The notes under the pieces are model-generated. The model saw only the letters and a program-made list of their open reading frames with translations. It was not told the DNA's origin and ran no database searches. The translations under genes were made by a program, and so were the position numbers. From an uncultured Actinomycetes bacterium (GTDB taxonomy: Bacteria > Actinomycetota > Thermoleophilia > RBG-16-64-13): a stretch of DNA of 64,000 nucleotides. Of this stretch, positions 1-10,438 are shown piece by piece; the stretch's first letter is position 1, and the number at the start of each line of letters is the position of its first letter. The stretch is from contig CAWJDT010000004.1 in the NCBI GenBank assembly GCA_963841735.1, forward strand, positions 96,001 through 160,000, in the 5' to 3' direction.

Positions 1-1
1 T

Positions 2-721
2 TTGTACGTTGTGGGGGTGACGCAGGGCGACAACTGGATGAACACGGTCATCGAAGATGTGAGTGTCGGGTCGGGGGCCGCGGCGGCCGGTATCCAACCG
101 GGAGACCGCATAGTCAGTATCGCCGGCCACGAGATTTCCAGGTGGGATCAACTGAAGTGGGAGGTCCTGAAGCACAAGAACGAGACGGTCGCAGTGCAGG
201 TGGACCGGGGAGGCCAGATACTTGACCTGAGGGCGGCGATCGCTCAGGATGAGGATAAGCTGGCGGTGCTGGGAGTGTCGCCGACGGGAGAGGTGGAGCA
301 TCGGGACATCGGTTTGAGCGCCGGTTTCGCGTACGCGGGCAGGGAGACGGCAAGCACGGTGGTGACGATCTTCCAGGGCATAGGCATGATGTTCTCGCGG
401 GATGTGCCGGCCACCGGTCCGCAAGGTCTTGCCGGTCCGGTTGGGATAATCCAACTGTCCGCCGACGTCGTCCAGGGCGGATACGCGCCCTACCTTTGGT
501 TCTTGGCGCTCATCAGTATCAACCTGGCCCTGGTCAACATGCTGCCTCTGCTACCGCTCGACGGAGGCCATTTCGTTCTTAGCATCGTTGATAGAGTGCG
601 GGGGCGCACCACTTCACTGCGGGTCTTCGAACGAATCTCCATGGTTGGCCTCGCTCTGTTCGCGCTGCTCTTCCTAGTGGCCATGTACAACGACGTCGGC
701 CGCATCTTCACGGGGTTCTAG
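2..721 (+). CDS. rseP: M50 intramembrane metalloprotease RseP/RasP with PDZ domain (5'-truncated by window)
   Basis: PDZ-like segment (AAAAGIQPGDRIVSI), C-terminal NLALVNMLPLLPLDGGH motif; upstream of ispG. Confidence 0.9.
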   Translation: MYVVGVTQGDNWMNTVIEDVSVGSGAAAAGIQPGDRIVSIAGHEISRWDQLKWEVLKHKNETVAVQVDRGGQILDLRAAIAQDEDKLAVLGVSPTGEVEHRDIGLSAGFAYAGRETASTVVTIFQGIGMMFSRDVPATGPQGLAGPVGIIQLSADVVQGGYAPYLWFLALISINLALVNMLPLLPLDGGHFVLSIVDRVRGRTTSLRVFERISMVGLALFALLFLVAMYNDVGRIFTGF

Positions 722-729
722 GGGAGCGT

Positions 730-1788
730 ATGAGTAGCCGGCTTCAGGTAATGGTGGGCGGGGTGCCGGTGGGTGGTGGCGCTTCGGTGGTGGTGCAGTC
801 GATGACCAACACCCGCACCGACGATATCGAAGCCACTGTGGGCCAGATCCGAGCTTTGGCGACGGCGGGGGCTCAGCTGGTCAGATTAGCCGTGCCCGAC
901 CAGGAAGCGGCACAGGCGATGGGGACCTTGGTGGCCGAATCGCCGGTGCCCCTTATCGCCGACGTGCATTTCGACCACTCGCTGGCCGTAGCCGCTCTGC
1001 GGGCCGGGGCGGCCGGGGTCAGGATCAATCCTGGCAACATCGGGGGACCGGAGGCGGTGCGCGAGGTAGTGGAGGCTGCGACCGAGCGCGGGGCGGTGAT
1101 CCGGGTGGGTGTCAACAGCGGCTCCCTCCAGCGAGATCTCCGGGCGATGGAGGAACGCGATCCGGCCGCCGCGCTGGTGGAGTCGGCAGTGCGGAGCTGC
1201 GCCCTTCTCGAGGAGCTCGGCTTTGAGCATATAAAGGTGTCGGCCAAGTCGTCGTCGCCGCTGGTGACCATCGCCGCCAACCGGATCCTGGCAAAACGCC
1301 TTGACTATCCCCTGCATCTGGGTGTCACTGAGGCCGGCACTCGCTGGGCGGGCTCGATTCGAAGCGCCGTCGCTCTTGGCGCTCTTCTGGCTGAGGGGAT
1401 AGGTGACACCATCCGGGTGTCGCTCACGGGCGATCCGGTGGAGGAAGTGCGGGTAGCGCAAGAGATCTTGCGCACTCTCGAGCTTATGCCTCGGGGGCCA
1501 CATGTGGTGTCGTGCCCTACATGCGGGCGGACTCGCATCGACCTAGAGCCGCTGGCCCTGGAAGTGGAGCGGCGACTGGCCGAGTCGAGGCTAGACCTAG
1601 AGGTGGCCGTCATGGGCTGTGTGGTCAACGGCCCTGGGGAGGCGCGGAAGGCCGACTTCGGCATAGCCGGCGGAGACGGCGAAGGGGTAGTTTTCGCGCA
1701 AGGCCGGCCGGTCCGCAAAGTCGCGGAGGCCGATCTGGTGGATGCGCTTTTCGAGGAGATCACCCGTTCTATTGGTGGGGCCTGCTAG
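730..1788 (+). CDS. ispG: 4-hydroxy-3-methylbut-2-en-1-yl diphosphate synthase
   Basis: VQSMTNT, RINPGNIG, HLGVTEAG, CPTCGR and GCVVNGPGE motifs. Confidence 0.97.
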   Translation: MSSRLQVMVGGVPVGGGASVVVQSMTNTRTDDIEATVGQIRALATAGAQLVRLAVPDQEAAQAMGTLVAESPVPLIADVHFDHSLAVAALRAGAAGVRINPGNIGGPEAVREVVEAATERGAVIRVGVNSGSLQRDLRAMEERDPAAALVESAVRSCALLEELGFEHIKVSAKSSSPLVTIAANRILAKRLDYPLHLGVTEAGTRWAGSIRSAVALGALLAEGIGDTIRVSLTGDPVEEVRVAQEILRTLELMPRGPHVVSCPTCGRTRIDLEPLALEVERRLAESRLDLEVAVMGCVVNGPGEARKADFGIAGGDGEGVVFAQGRPVRKVAEADLVDALFEEITRSIGGAC

Positions 1789-1855
1789 ACTGCTAATCTA
1801 GTCTTTGGCCGAGCGCCGCGCGCCGGTTTTCACAAGCTTGTTCAAGGAGGATCCG

Positions 1856-3643
1856 ATGCGGGCGACCGCCCTCTTCATGCCCACCGTAAAGGAAGACCCG
1901 GCCGACGCCGAGGCCATCAGCCACAAGCTCATGGTGCGGGGCGGTTTTGTCCGCCAGTTCGCCTCGGGCATCTACATTTTTCTGCCGCTGGGGTGGCGGG
2001 TCATGCAGCGTATCAGCCGCATCCTCAGGGAGGAGATGGATAGTATCGGCGCCTTGGAGGTGTCCATGCCGACCATCAACCCGGCGGACGTGTGGCAGCA
2101 GTCCGGCCGATACACCTCAATCGGGCAGGAGATGTTTCGCCTGGAGGACCGCGGGGGTCGAGACATGGTGCTGGCCATGACCCACGAAGAGGTCTTTACG
2201 TGGCTGGCTTCCCGGGAGCTGCGTTCCTACCGCGACCTTCCCCAGATCTGGTACCAGTTGCAGCTCAAGTTCCGGGACGAGGCTCGGCCCAAGAGCGGCG
2301 TCCTACGAGTGCGGGAATTCCTGATGAAAGATTCCTACTCGTTCGACGTGGACGAGGCGGGGTTGGAAGCAAGCTACCAGAAGCACATCGGGGCCTACGA
2401 CCGGATATTCTCCCGCTGCGGCGTGGAGTTTTACCGGGTGGAGAGCGACAGCGGGATCATGGGGGGCGCCTTGGCGCATGAGTACATCGCTCCGTCCCCG
2501 GCCGGCGAGGATCGCGTGGCCCTCTGCGAGGCGTGCGGATACGCTGCCAACGTAGAGATGGCTCGTTCTGTGGCCCGCGCGTCCGAGAGCGGTGCGGGCG
2601 AGTCTGGAGACGGCGAAGCGCAGGTGGCGGGGGTCGAACCCGCGGGCCCTCGAGAGGTTGCGACTCCCGATAAACGCACCATCGAGGAAGTCTCTGCGTT
2701 TCTGGGGGTGTCGCCCTCTTCGGTCATCAAGGCGCTGGTGTACTACGCCGGAGATACTCCCATCATGGCCCTGGTGCGAGGCGACCATGGCCTGCATGAG
2801 AACAAGTTGGCGCGCCATATGAAGAAAGAAGTACGTCCTGCTCGGCCCGAGGAGATCGCCGCCGTAGTGGGGGCGCAAGCCGGCTTTGTCGGTCCGGTCG
2901 GGCTGCCGGCCGGCCGGACATTGTTGGTCGTTGCCGATGAGAGCCTTCGTCCCGACCAGGGTGGTGCCGGGGCAGAGCCGGTGGGGGCCCGCCCGCGCGA
3001 GTACGCGGCGGGCGCCAACAAGGCCCACACTCACCTGGTGGGTGTGGTGGTAGGACGGGACTTTCAGCCTGAATACGCCGATTTGCGCGAGGTCCAAGAG
3101 GGTGACGGTTGCCCCGAATGCGGGCGTCCGCTGGTGGTGAAGCAGGGGATCGAGGTAGGCAACATCTTCAAGCTGGGCACGAAGTATTCGAGCGCACTCG
3201 GCGCCACTGTGCTGGACGAAGCTGGTGTGGAGCGTCCGGTCATCATGGGCTCTTACGGTATCGGTCCCGCGCGTATCGCGGCGGCTGCGGTGGAGCAACG
3301 CAGCGACGAGCGCGGAATCGTGTGGCCCAAGGCGATAGCACCGTTTGACATCCACCTGGTGCAGGTTCAGGCGAAGGATGAGGTGCAGTCTCAGGTGGCG
3401 GCGGATCTGCATGATCGATTGACGGCCGAAGGCTGGGAGGTGCTGTGGGACGATCGCGACCAGCGACCGGGCGTGAAGTTTGCCGACGCTGAGTTGATCG
3501 GGTGCCCTGTGCGTCTGACGGTGGGCAAGAAGGCCGTCGATGGTGTGGTGGAAATGGAGCCCAGAAGGGGTGGATCTCGAGTGGAGGTGCCGGTGGCTGA
3601 GTGCCTCACGGCCGTGCGCCGTGTTTGGGAGATCGCGGATTAG
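1856..3643 (+). CDS. proS: Proline--tRNA ligase (with INS editing domain)
   Basis: FRDEARP, REFLMKDSYSF, GIEVGNIFKLG, MGSYGIG; AAGGAGG RBS before ATG 1856. Confidence 0.97.
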   Translation: MRATALFMPTVKEDPADAEAISHKLMVRGGFVRQFASGIYIFLPLGWRVMQRISRILREEMDSIGALEVSMPTINPADVWQQSGRYTSIGQEMFRLEDRGGRDMVLAMTHEEVFTWLASRELRSYRDLPQIWYQLQLKFRDEARPKSGVLRVREFLMKDSYSFDVDEAGLEASYQKHIGAYDRIFSRCGVEFYRVESDSGIMGGALAHEYIAPSPAGEDRVALCEACGYAANVEMARSVARASESGAGESGDGEAQVAGVEPAGPREVATPDKRTIEEVSAFLGVSPSSVIKALVYYAGDTPIMALVRGDHGLHENKLARHMKKEVRPARPEEIAAVVGAQAGFVGPVGLPAGRTLLVVADESLRPDQGGAGAEPVGARPREYAAGANKAHTHLVGVVVGRDFQPEYADLREVQEGDGCPECGRPLVVKQGIEVGNIFKLGTKYSSALGATVLDEAGVERPVIMGSYGIGPARIAAAAVEQRSDERGIVWPKAIAPFDIHLVQVQAKDEVQSQVAADLHDRLTAEGWEVLWDDRDQRPGVKFADAELIGCPVRLTVGKKAVDGVVEMEPRRGGSRVEVPVAECLTAVRRVWEIAD

Positions 3644-3646
3644 CCG

Positions 3647-3655
3647 TGCTATAAT
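3647..3655 (+). promoter_or_regulatory. Extended -10 promoter (TGcTATAAT) of the rimP-nusA-infB operon
   Basis: Perfect TGnTATAAT just after the proS stop. Confidence 0.7.
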
Positions 3656-3687
3656 CCAGCAGCAAACGAAAGACATGTTGGTTCACG

Positions 3688-3720
3688 AAAGTGGGTGCGG
3701 ATGGGCCCACTTTTGTTTTA
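3688..3720 (+). terminator. rimP leader hairpin/attenuator
   Basis: AAAGTGGG...CCCACTTT stem followed by TGTTTTA, between promoter and rimP start. Confidence 0.7.
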
Positions 3721-3736
3721 CGTGATGGAAGAGGTC

Positions 3737-4189
3737 ATGCGGCCGACAGAAGCGGGGTTGCAGGAGGTCATCGACCAAGAGGTCGCCGGCGTCGAGCTGG
3801 TGCTCTTGGAGCAGGTCGGTGGCACCAAGCGGCGGACGCTGCGCTTGTACATCGACCAGCCGGGTGGTGTGACGCACGAGTTGTGCGGGCGGGTGTCGGA
3901 TGCGGTGGGTAAGGCCCTCGACGAGAGCGACGCTCTCGGGGGGCCGTACACTTTGGAGGTCAGTTCACCAGGCCTGGAGCGGCCGTTGCGTAAGCGGGGC
4001 CATTTCGAGGCGCAGGTTGGTAAGAAGGTCTACGTCAAGACCCGGGTCCCAGTAGAGGGAAGCAAGGTCTGGCAGGGTATGTTGGTAGAAATAGAAGCCG
4101 ACGGAGTAGTGATCGAGGATGCGGGACGGCAGGTCAGGATCCCGCTGGACGAGATCAGTAACGCCCATCTGATATACGAGTTCAAGTAG
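3737..4189 (+). CDS. rimP: Ribosome maturation factor RimP
   Basis: LRLYID, YTLEVSSPGLERPL; GAGG before ATG 3737; synteny. Confidence 0.95.
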   Translation: MRPTEAGLQEVIDQEVAGVELVLLEQVGGTKRRTLRLYIDQPGGVTHELCGRVSDAVGKALDESDALGGPYTLEVSSPGLERPLRKRGHFEAQVGKKVYVKTRVPVEGSKVWQGMLVEIEADGVVIEDAGRQVRIPLDEISNAHLIYEFK

Positions 4190-4198
4190 GGGGAAGGG

Positions 4199-5368
4199 AT
4201 GAATAAGGAAACAATAGAAGCTCTTCGCCAGATTGAGAAAGAGAAGAGCATCCCCTTCGACCTGCTAATGGAGGCGTTGGAGGATGCGCTGCATTCCGCG
4301 TACCAGAAGACTGCTCATGCGGTGCCTTTCTCAGAGGTGAAGATCGACCGGGACAATGGAGAGATCCATGTGTTTGAGCTTATCTTCCCGGAGGGCCAAG
4401 AGCCCGTACTGGAAGATGAAGAGACCGAGTTCGACACGTCCATGGCGGAGAGGCAAGAGATCACTCCCGAGGACTTTGGCCGCATCGCGGCTCAGACTGC
4501 CAAGCAGGTTATCTATCAGCGCATCCGCGAAGCCGAGCAGGGTATCGTGTTCAACGAGTACTCCAACAGAGTGGGCGAGATCGTCACCGGTATCGTGCAG
4601 CAATCAGACAGCCGCTATACCTTGGTCGATCTGGGCCGGGTGGAAGCGCGGTTGCCCAAGAACGAGCAGGTGGGCACGGAGCGCTACGAGCACGGCATGC
4701 GTTTGAAAGCTGTCATCAAAGAGGTGTCTCAGAATCCTAAGGAGCCACCGATTATCCTCTCGAGGCGTAGCGAAGAGCTGGTGCGTCGTCTGTTTGAGCT
4801 GGAAGTTCCCGAGATATCCGATGGGTTGGTTGAGATCGTAGGCGTGGCGCGCGAGCCGGGATATCGTTCGAAGATCGCGGTGGTCTCGCATAGTGACGGG
4901 GTCGATCCGGTAGGCGCGTGCGTGGGTCCGCGGGGTTCGCGGGTACGGATGGTGGTCTCGGAACTCAGAGGCGAAAAGATCGACATTATCCCATTCGATG
5001 AGGAACCCGCCCGGTTCGTTGCCAAGGCGCTGTCGCCGGCAAGGGTGCGCGAGGTTATCTTGGATGACGAGCAGCGGGAAGCCACCGTGGTCGTGCCTGA
5101 TGACCAGCTTTCCCTTGCCATCGGCAAAGAAGGGCAGAATGCGCGCTTGGCCAATCGGTTGACTGGGTGGAAGATCGACATCAAGTCAGAGACCGAGATG
5201 AACGAGGAAGATAATGTCTATACGACGGTGCAGTCGGAGCCGCTGGTGGTGGACGGCCGGTGCCACGCGCTGACCTCCGGTGGCAAGCGGTGTCCCAACG
5301 CCGCGCTTGCAGGCAGTCTATACTGCGGGATGCCTCAGCATCAGGGTCTCGGCGGTGAGCGCGCCTGA
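4199..5368 (+). CDS. nusA: Transcription termination/antitermination factor NusA with extra C-terminal Cys3His motif
   Basis: FGRIAAQTAKQVI, FELEVPEI, AREPGYRSKIAV, SLAIGKEGQNARLA. Confidence 0.97.
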   Translation: MNKETIEALRQIEKEKSIPFDLLMEALEDALHSAYQKTAHAVPFSEVKIDRDNGEIHVFELIFPEGQEPVLEDEETEFDTSMAERQEITPEDFGRIAAQTAKQVIYQRIREAEQGIVFNEYSNRVGEIVTGIVQQSDSRYTLVDLGRVEARLPKNEQVGTERYEHGMRLKAVIKEVSQNPKEPPIILSRRSEELVRRLFELEVPEISDGLVEIVGVAREPGYRSKIAVVSHSDGVDPVGACVGPRGSRVRMVVSELRGEKIDIIPFDEEPARFVAKALSPARVREVILDDEQREATVVVPDDQLSLAIGKEGQNARLANRLTGWKIDIKSETEMNEEDNVYTTVQSEPLVVDGRCHALTSGGKRCPNAALAGSLYCGMPQHQGLGGERA

Positions 5369-5636
5369 GCGGCAATGCGTCGGCTGCGGCCGGCGCGGGC
5401 CGCAGAGTGGTTTTCTGCGGCTGAGGGTCGTCCGGGAGGACGGCCCTGCACGGGTTGTGGTGGCGGATGAGGGAGCGCGGAGCGGCAGGAGCGCCTATCT
5501 CTGTCGGCAAGTATCGTGTTTTGACAGAGCTGTGCAACGGAGGGCCTTTCAAAGGGCTTTTCGTGCGTCGGTAGTACTTAGTGAAGGCGAAATAGTGGCG
5601 GCGCTGAAGACAGCGCGTGACCAGGAGCAGCGATAG
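5355..5636 (+). CDS. ylxR: YlxR/RnpM (DUF448) RNA-binding protein
   Basis: PERQCVGC...GRSAYLC; position between nusA and infB. Confidence 0.9.
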   Translation: MSAPERQCVGCGRRGPQSGFLRLRVVREDGPARVVVADEGARSGRSAYLCRQVSCFDRAVQRRAFQRAFRASVVLSEGEIVAALKTARDQEQR

Positions 5637-5650
5637 CGCTGACGGTAGGT

Positions 5651-8600
5651 ATGATCGTGGCAAAGAGACGCGTTTACGATATTGCTAAGGAGAAGGGCCT
5701 GACCACCCAGGAGGTGTTGGAGGCTCTGCATGCTGCGGGGGTGGATGTAAAGGGCAGCGTCTCCAGCGTGGAAGAGGCGGACGCCGAGAGGGCGCTGTCG
5801 GCCAAGGTGGCCAAGGGAACGTCCAAGGTGGCGAAGGCGCCCGCTGCAAAGACAGTCGCTACGACGGGCGAGTCTGCGGCAGTTCCGGCGGCTCCTGTAG
5901 CTCCGGCGAAAGCAGGCACTCCGGCGAAAGCGGCCGTTACGGCAAAAGCGCCGCCCGAAAAGGTGACTCCCGTCAAGACAGCGGGGACCTCGGCCAAGAC
6001 TCCGGCCAAGGCTCCGGGCAAGGCTGCGGCCAAGCCTGCGGCCGACAAAGGCACTTCAGCAAAGGCTTCGGACGAGGCCAGCGTCATCGGGACGCCCCCG
6101 GCGCCGTCTACGGGTGTCGCTGAGGTGGTTGCGAAGTCGGCGAGCCAAGTCGTGCCGAAGACCGCTCCGGAAGTCAAACCGGCGGTTGCGGAGGCGGTAG
6201 CCTCTGAAGCACCACGAGTTGTCCCATCGGCGCCGCGTGTGGCGGCTGCCAGTCCGCAGGAACGGCCTGCACAGGCGGGGTATCCCGAGAGGGCTCGGAC
6301 GGAAGGCGCGGCGCCCATGGCGCGCAAGCCCCCGCCCAGACCGCGCGGTCGCGGTCCTAGGCTGGAGGACATGCCCACCGTCGTGGGGCCTGGGGTGCCT
6401 TTGCGCAAGGGGGTCAAGCCCTCCGGCAATGTGGTGACCAAGGAAGAATTGATCCGCATCCAGGCAGAGAAGGCGGCGCAGGCCGAAGCGGCCCGCAAAG
6501 CGGCCGCGGCGGCGCCTCGGCCCCCGGCTCAGCCGGCGGGCACCGGGGCGAAACCTGACGGCCCCGCGGGAGCGCCTGGGACTCGTCCGGCTGCGGTGGG
6601 TGGCCGTCCCCGTCCGCCGTTTGCGCGCGATGCTGCAGACCAAAAGGGCCGGCCCGCGCGTGGTGGCGCCGTGGCTATACCCGAGATCTGGGTCGAAGCG
6701 GCCGAAGCTACTGGCTTGGTCGCACCCGGCAAGGCGGTCGCTCCGGCATCCCGGGTGCGTAGGGGGGACGACAAGCCGGCCAAGCGTAGAGTGATTATTG
6801 ATTCGCAGGCGGGCCGCAAGGGTGGCAGGGGCGGATTCCGCGATCGGCGGCTTGGCCCAGGGAGCGACGCGGAGAAACCGCAGCCCAAGAAGAAGGTTGT
6901 GCCGGGTACTGAGTCGGCGGTCATGGTCAAGAGCGGGGCCAGCGTCAAAGATCTCAGCGATGCCCTGGAGATTGGGGCGGGCGAGTTGATCAAGGCTCTC
7001 CTAAAATTGGGAGAGATGGTCACGATCACGCAGTCCCTTTCGGATGACGCCATCACGATCTTGGCCGAAGAGTTCGAGCGCCAGGTTGAGATCGAGCACG
7101 TGGTAGAGGAGAAGGAGGGCGCGGAGCAGTTTGTGGACGATGCGGCCGATCTTACTTCGCGGGCGCCCGTGGTGACCATCATGGGGCACGTGGACCACGG
7201 CAAGACCTCCCTGCTGGACGCCATACGCGAGACTGAGGTGGTCAAGAGCGAGGCGGGGGGCATAACGCAGCATATCGGGGCCTATCAGGTCACTCATAAC
7301 GACAAGAAGGTGACGTTCCTCGATACCCCTGGGCACGAAGCGTTTACGGCTATGCGGGCCCGAGGGGCGAAGTCGACCGACATCGCAGTCATAGTGGTTG
7401 CCGCGAACGACGGCGTCATGCCTCAGACCTTGGAGGCCATAAGCCACGCCAAGGCTGCCGACGTGCCCATGGTGGTGGCCATAAACAAGATGGACCTGCC
7501 GGACGCCAACCCGGATCTTGTCAAGAAGCAGCTGGCCGACCAAGGGCTCGTGCCTGAAGCATGGGGCGGCGAGACAGTCGTGGTCGAGGTGTCTGCGAAG
7601 CAGAGGCTCAATCTCGACGACCTCATGGACATGATTCTCTTGGTGGCCGAAGTGCAAGAACTCAAAGCTAACTCGAACGCCCAGGCTTCTGGAGTGGTGA
7701 TCGAGGCTCAGCTTGACGTCGGTCGTGGCCCGGTTGCGACAGTACTGGTGCAACGCGGCACTCTCAGCGTGGGAGATCCTGTTGTCAGCGGCGAGTCGTA
7801 CGGCAAGGTCAAAGCAATGTTCGACTTCTTGGGAACCCCGCTGGCGAAAGCCGGACCGTCGGTGCCCGTTCAGATTCTTGGCTTCAACACTCTGCCGGCG
7901 GCGGGCGACTTCTTGATGGTAGTCAAGGATGAGCGCGAAGCCCGGCAGAAGGCCGAACAGCGCACATCCCGGCTGCGGCAGGAGCAACTGGCGAAGAGCC
8001 GCGGCGGCGCGAGCAGCCTTGAAGAGTTCTACCGCAGGGTCAAAGAGGGCCGAGTCAAGGAACTGCCTCTGATCATCAAGGGCGACGTGGGCGGCTCAGT
8101 GGAAGCCTTGGAAGAGGCCCTGCTGAACATCACGCACGCCGAGGTCAAGGTGCAGGTAGTGTTTGCCGGAGTGGGAGGCATCAACGAGTCCGACATCGTG
8201 TTGGCCTCGGCGTCGAAGGCTGTGGTCATCGGTTTCAACGTGCGGCCGTCCGTAGCGGCGAAGGCACTCGCCGAGCAGGAACAGGTGGACGTACGCACCT
8301 ACAGGGTCATCTACAAAGCCATCGAGGATGTAGAGGCGGCTTTGGTGGGTATGTTGGAGCCTGACCAGGTGGAGTCGGAGCTGGGCAGCGCGGAAGTGCG
8401 ACAGGTCTTCCATGCGTCGAAGATCGGGAGCATCGCCGGGTGTTACGTTCTGACCGGCAAGCTCGTGCGTATGGCGAAGATGCGCCTGGTCCGCAATGGC
8501 AGTATCGTGCACGAAGGGACTATCAGCACGCTGAAGCGATTTGCGGATGATGCCAAGGAAGTGTCGTCCGGGTATGAGTGCGGCCTTCATCTGGACGGTT

Positions 8601-8668
8601 TTGACGACGTCCACGAAGGTGACATTGTCGAGGCTTACGAGATCAAGGAAGTTGCCCGTACTCAATAG
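5651..8668 (+). CDS. infB: Translation initiation factor IF-2
   Basis: [35 protein letters not shown]; long Ala/Pro/Lys-rich N-terminus. Confidence 0.98.
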   Translation: MIVAKRRVYDIAKEKGLTTQEVLEALHAAGVDVKGSVSSVEEADAERALSAKVAKGTSKVAKAPAAKTVATTGESAAVPAAPVAPAKAGTPAKAAVTAKAPPEKVTPVKTAGTSAKTPAKAPGKAAAKPAADKGTSAKASDEASVIGTPPAPSTGVAEVVAKSASQVVPKTAPEVKPAVAEAVASEAPRVVPSAPRVAAASPQERPAQAGYPERARTEGAAPMARKPPPRPRGRGPRLEDMPTVVGPGVPLRKGVKPSGNVVTKEELIRIQAEKAAQAEAARKAAAAAPRPPAQPAGTGAKPDGPAGAPGTRPAAVGGRPRPPFARDAADQKGRPARGGAVAIPEIWVEAAEATGLVAPGKAVAPASRVRRGDDKPAKRRVIIDSQAGRKGGRGGFRDRRLGPGSDAEKPQPKKKVVPGTESAVMVKSGASVKDLSDALEIGAGELIKALLKLGEMVTITQSLSDDAITILAEEFERQVEIEHVVEEKEGAEQFVDDAADLTSRAPVVTIMGHVDHGKTSLLDAIRETEVVKSEAGGITQHIGAYQVTHNDKKVTFLDTPGHEAFTAMRARGAKSTDIAVIVVAANDGVMPQTLEAISHAKAADVPMVVAINKMDLPDANPDLVKKQLADQGLVPEAWGGETVVVEVSAKQRLNLDDLMDMILLVAEVQELKANSNAQASGVVIEAQLDVGRGPVATVLVQRGTLSVGDPVVSGESYGKVKAMFDFLGTPLAKAGPSVPVQILGFNTLPAAGDFLMVVKDEREARQKAEQRTSRLRQEQLAKSRGGASSLEEFYRRVKEGRVKELPLIIKGDVGGSVEALEEALLNITHAEVKVQVVFAGVGGINESDIVLASASKAVVIGFNVRPSVAAKALAEQEQVDVRTYRVIYKAIEDVEAALVGMLEPDQVESELGSAEVRQVFHASKIGSIAGCYVLTGKLVRMAKMRLVRNGSIVHEGTISTLKRFADDAKEVSSGYECGLHLDGFDDVHEGDIVEAYEIKEVARTQ

Positions 8669-8969
8669 CAGTGGCAAGGGGTTCGTCGGCATCCTCGCGG
8701 CCGAACTGTACTTCCCTGACAACGGCTCCCTCAAGGGCAAGCGGATGTATCTTAGGCGCATCCGGGACCAGGTCACGAGGCGCCACGGAGTCTCGTTCGC
8801 GGAGGTCGGTCACCAGGATCTGTGGCAGCGCGCGCGCGTAGTGATGGCCGTTGCGTCCTCTGATGTGCGGATACTAGAAGAGTCGCTCGCCCGGCTGAAG
8901 ACGTATCTTGACTCGCAGGAATGGATTCTGACGTCTTGCTCAACCGAGGTGGTGGATGTAGATGCGTAA
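8652..8969 (+). CDS. DUF503 (YlxP-like) protein; start uncertain
   Basis: FVGIL..ELYFP..GSLKGKR, SFAEVGHQDLWQRA; conserved position between infB and rbfA. Confidence 0.85.
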   Translation: MPVLNSSGKGFVGILAAELYFPDNGSLKGKRMYLRRIRDQVTRRHGVSFAEVGHQDLWQRARVVMAVASSDVRILEESLARLKTYLDSQEWILTSCSTEVVDVDA

Positions 8970-9429
8970 CGTGGCTTCATACCGTATGCGCCGAGTCAAC
9001 GAGGCGCTCAAAGAGATCATCGCAAACGCTCTGGCGCGGGATATCAAGGACCCGCGAATAGGCTTTGTGACGATCACCGGCGTCGAGACGGCGCAGGACC
9101 TGGCACACGCGAAGGTGTTCTTCTCGGTCTATGGCAAACAGGTGGAGAAAGACTCCACCTTGGAGGGCCTGCGCGCCGCCCGCGCGCACCTGCAGCGCCT
9201 CATCAGTGATGAGTTGAAGCTCAGGCGCACGCCCGCGCTGGAGTTTGTCTATGACGCGACCATAGACCAGGGGATGCGCATCCAGGTTCTTCTCAAGTCC
9301 AGCGGTGCCGACGAGTTGGGGCCCATTGAGCTGGAGATGGAGGAGCAAGAACCCGAGAACAGGTCTCGTGGCGCGTTGGACGTGGTGGCCGACATCGACG
9401 ACATCGACACCATCGAGGACGAGGAATGA
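8962..9429 (+). CDS. rbfA: Ribosome-binding factor A with acidic tail
   Basis: RMRRVNE, KDPRIGFVTITGV, LRRTPALEFVYD. Confidence 0.95.
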   Translation: MRNVASYRMRRVNEALKEIIANALARDIKDPRIGFVTITGVETAQDLAHAKVFFSVYGKQVEKDSTLEGLRAARAHLQRLISDELKLRRTPALEFVYDATIDQGMRIQVLLKSSGADELGPIELEMEEQEPENRSRGALDVVADIDDIDTIEDEE

Positions 9430-10425
9430 CGGCGGTTCGCCGGCCTAGCGCCGTAACGGCCGCCGGCGTAGCGCGCGCGCCTGCGCGAGGAGCAACGGGT
9501 GCTGGCGGTCTCGCACGAGGCCCCCGATGGTGACGCTCTTGGATGTTTGTCGGCCTTCCTGCTGGTATGCGAGCGCCTTGGGGTTCCGTGCCGGGCGTTC
9601 ATCCCCGGAGAGAGCGGATTTCCTCCCGAATACCTGTTTCTGCCGCGGGTGGAGGAGATCTTGCGGGGAGACGTCCCTCCGTTGACGCCCGAGACGACGG
9701 TTTACTTCTTCGACTGTGCCTCTCTTCTTCGCTCGAATTCTCACGGCTTTCCAGAGGGTTCGCTGCAGGTGAACATCGACCACCACCAGGACAATCCGGG
9801 GTATGGGGATCTGAACCTGGTGGATGCCAGTGCCCCCTCCACCAGTGCGCTTCTATATGATGTTCTCAAGGCCGGCGCGCTTCCCCTAGACGAACAGATT
9901 GCCACCGGTCTGTATGTGGGTTTGGTCACCGACACCGGGCGTTTTCAGTACTCGAACACCACCGCGGGAGCGCATCGCATGGCGGCGGACCTGCAGGAGA
10001 TGGGACTGGACGTGGCGGTGGTGTACCGCCAAGTATATGAGAGCAAGCCTTTGCCCAAGATGCTTCTGCTGGAGCGTGCTTTGAGCCACTTGGAGATGCG
10101 CCTGGGGGGCGCTTTGGCGGTCTCCTGGCTGGGGAATGACGACTTTGCGAAGGCCGGGGCGGGGGAGGGCCACGCGGAGGGGCTCATCGACACCATTCGC
10201 TGCATCGAAGGTGTCAAAGTGGCAGCTTTGGTACGGGAGAGGGCACGCGGGGGTTCCGTGGAGGCCAAGGTCAGCCTCCGCTCCACCGACGGCTCTGTGA
10301 GCGTGGGTGCCATCGCCGCCTTGCGGGGAGGCGGGGGCCACGTGCGGGCGGCTGGTTTCACCAGCGCCGAAGACGTGGGCTCTGTGCTGGCCTGGATCGA
10401 GGGCCGGGTCAAAGCGGCCCTGTGA
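9426..10425 (+). CDS. nrnA: DHH/DHHA1 oligoribonuclease/pAp phosphatase; apparent +1 frameshift near 9471-9481 (intact ORF 9499-10425)
   Basis: HEAPDGDALG, NIDHH, TDTGRF, GGGGHVRAAG; ATG 9426 overlaps rbfA stop. Confidence 0.88.
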
Positions 10426-10438
10426 GTGAGGCACACCC

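Noticed and set aside
2303-3676. Long antisense ORFs (e.g. 2303-3676, 19193-20620, 23081-24352, 57223-58314)
   Set aside because: They shadow well-identified + strand genes; expected from high-GC codon bias; no recognisable motifs
5800-6900. Low-complexity Ala/Pro/Lys repeats in infB (e.g. repeated CTCCGGCGAAAGC)
   Set aside because: Normal disordered IF2 N-terminal linker, not a repeat array
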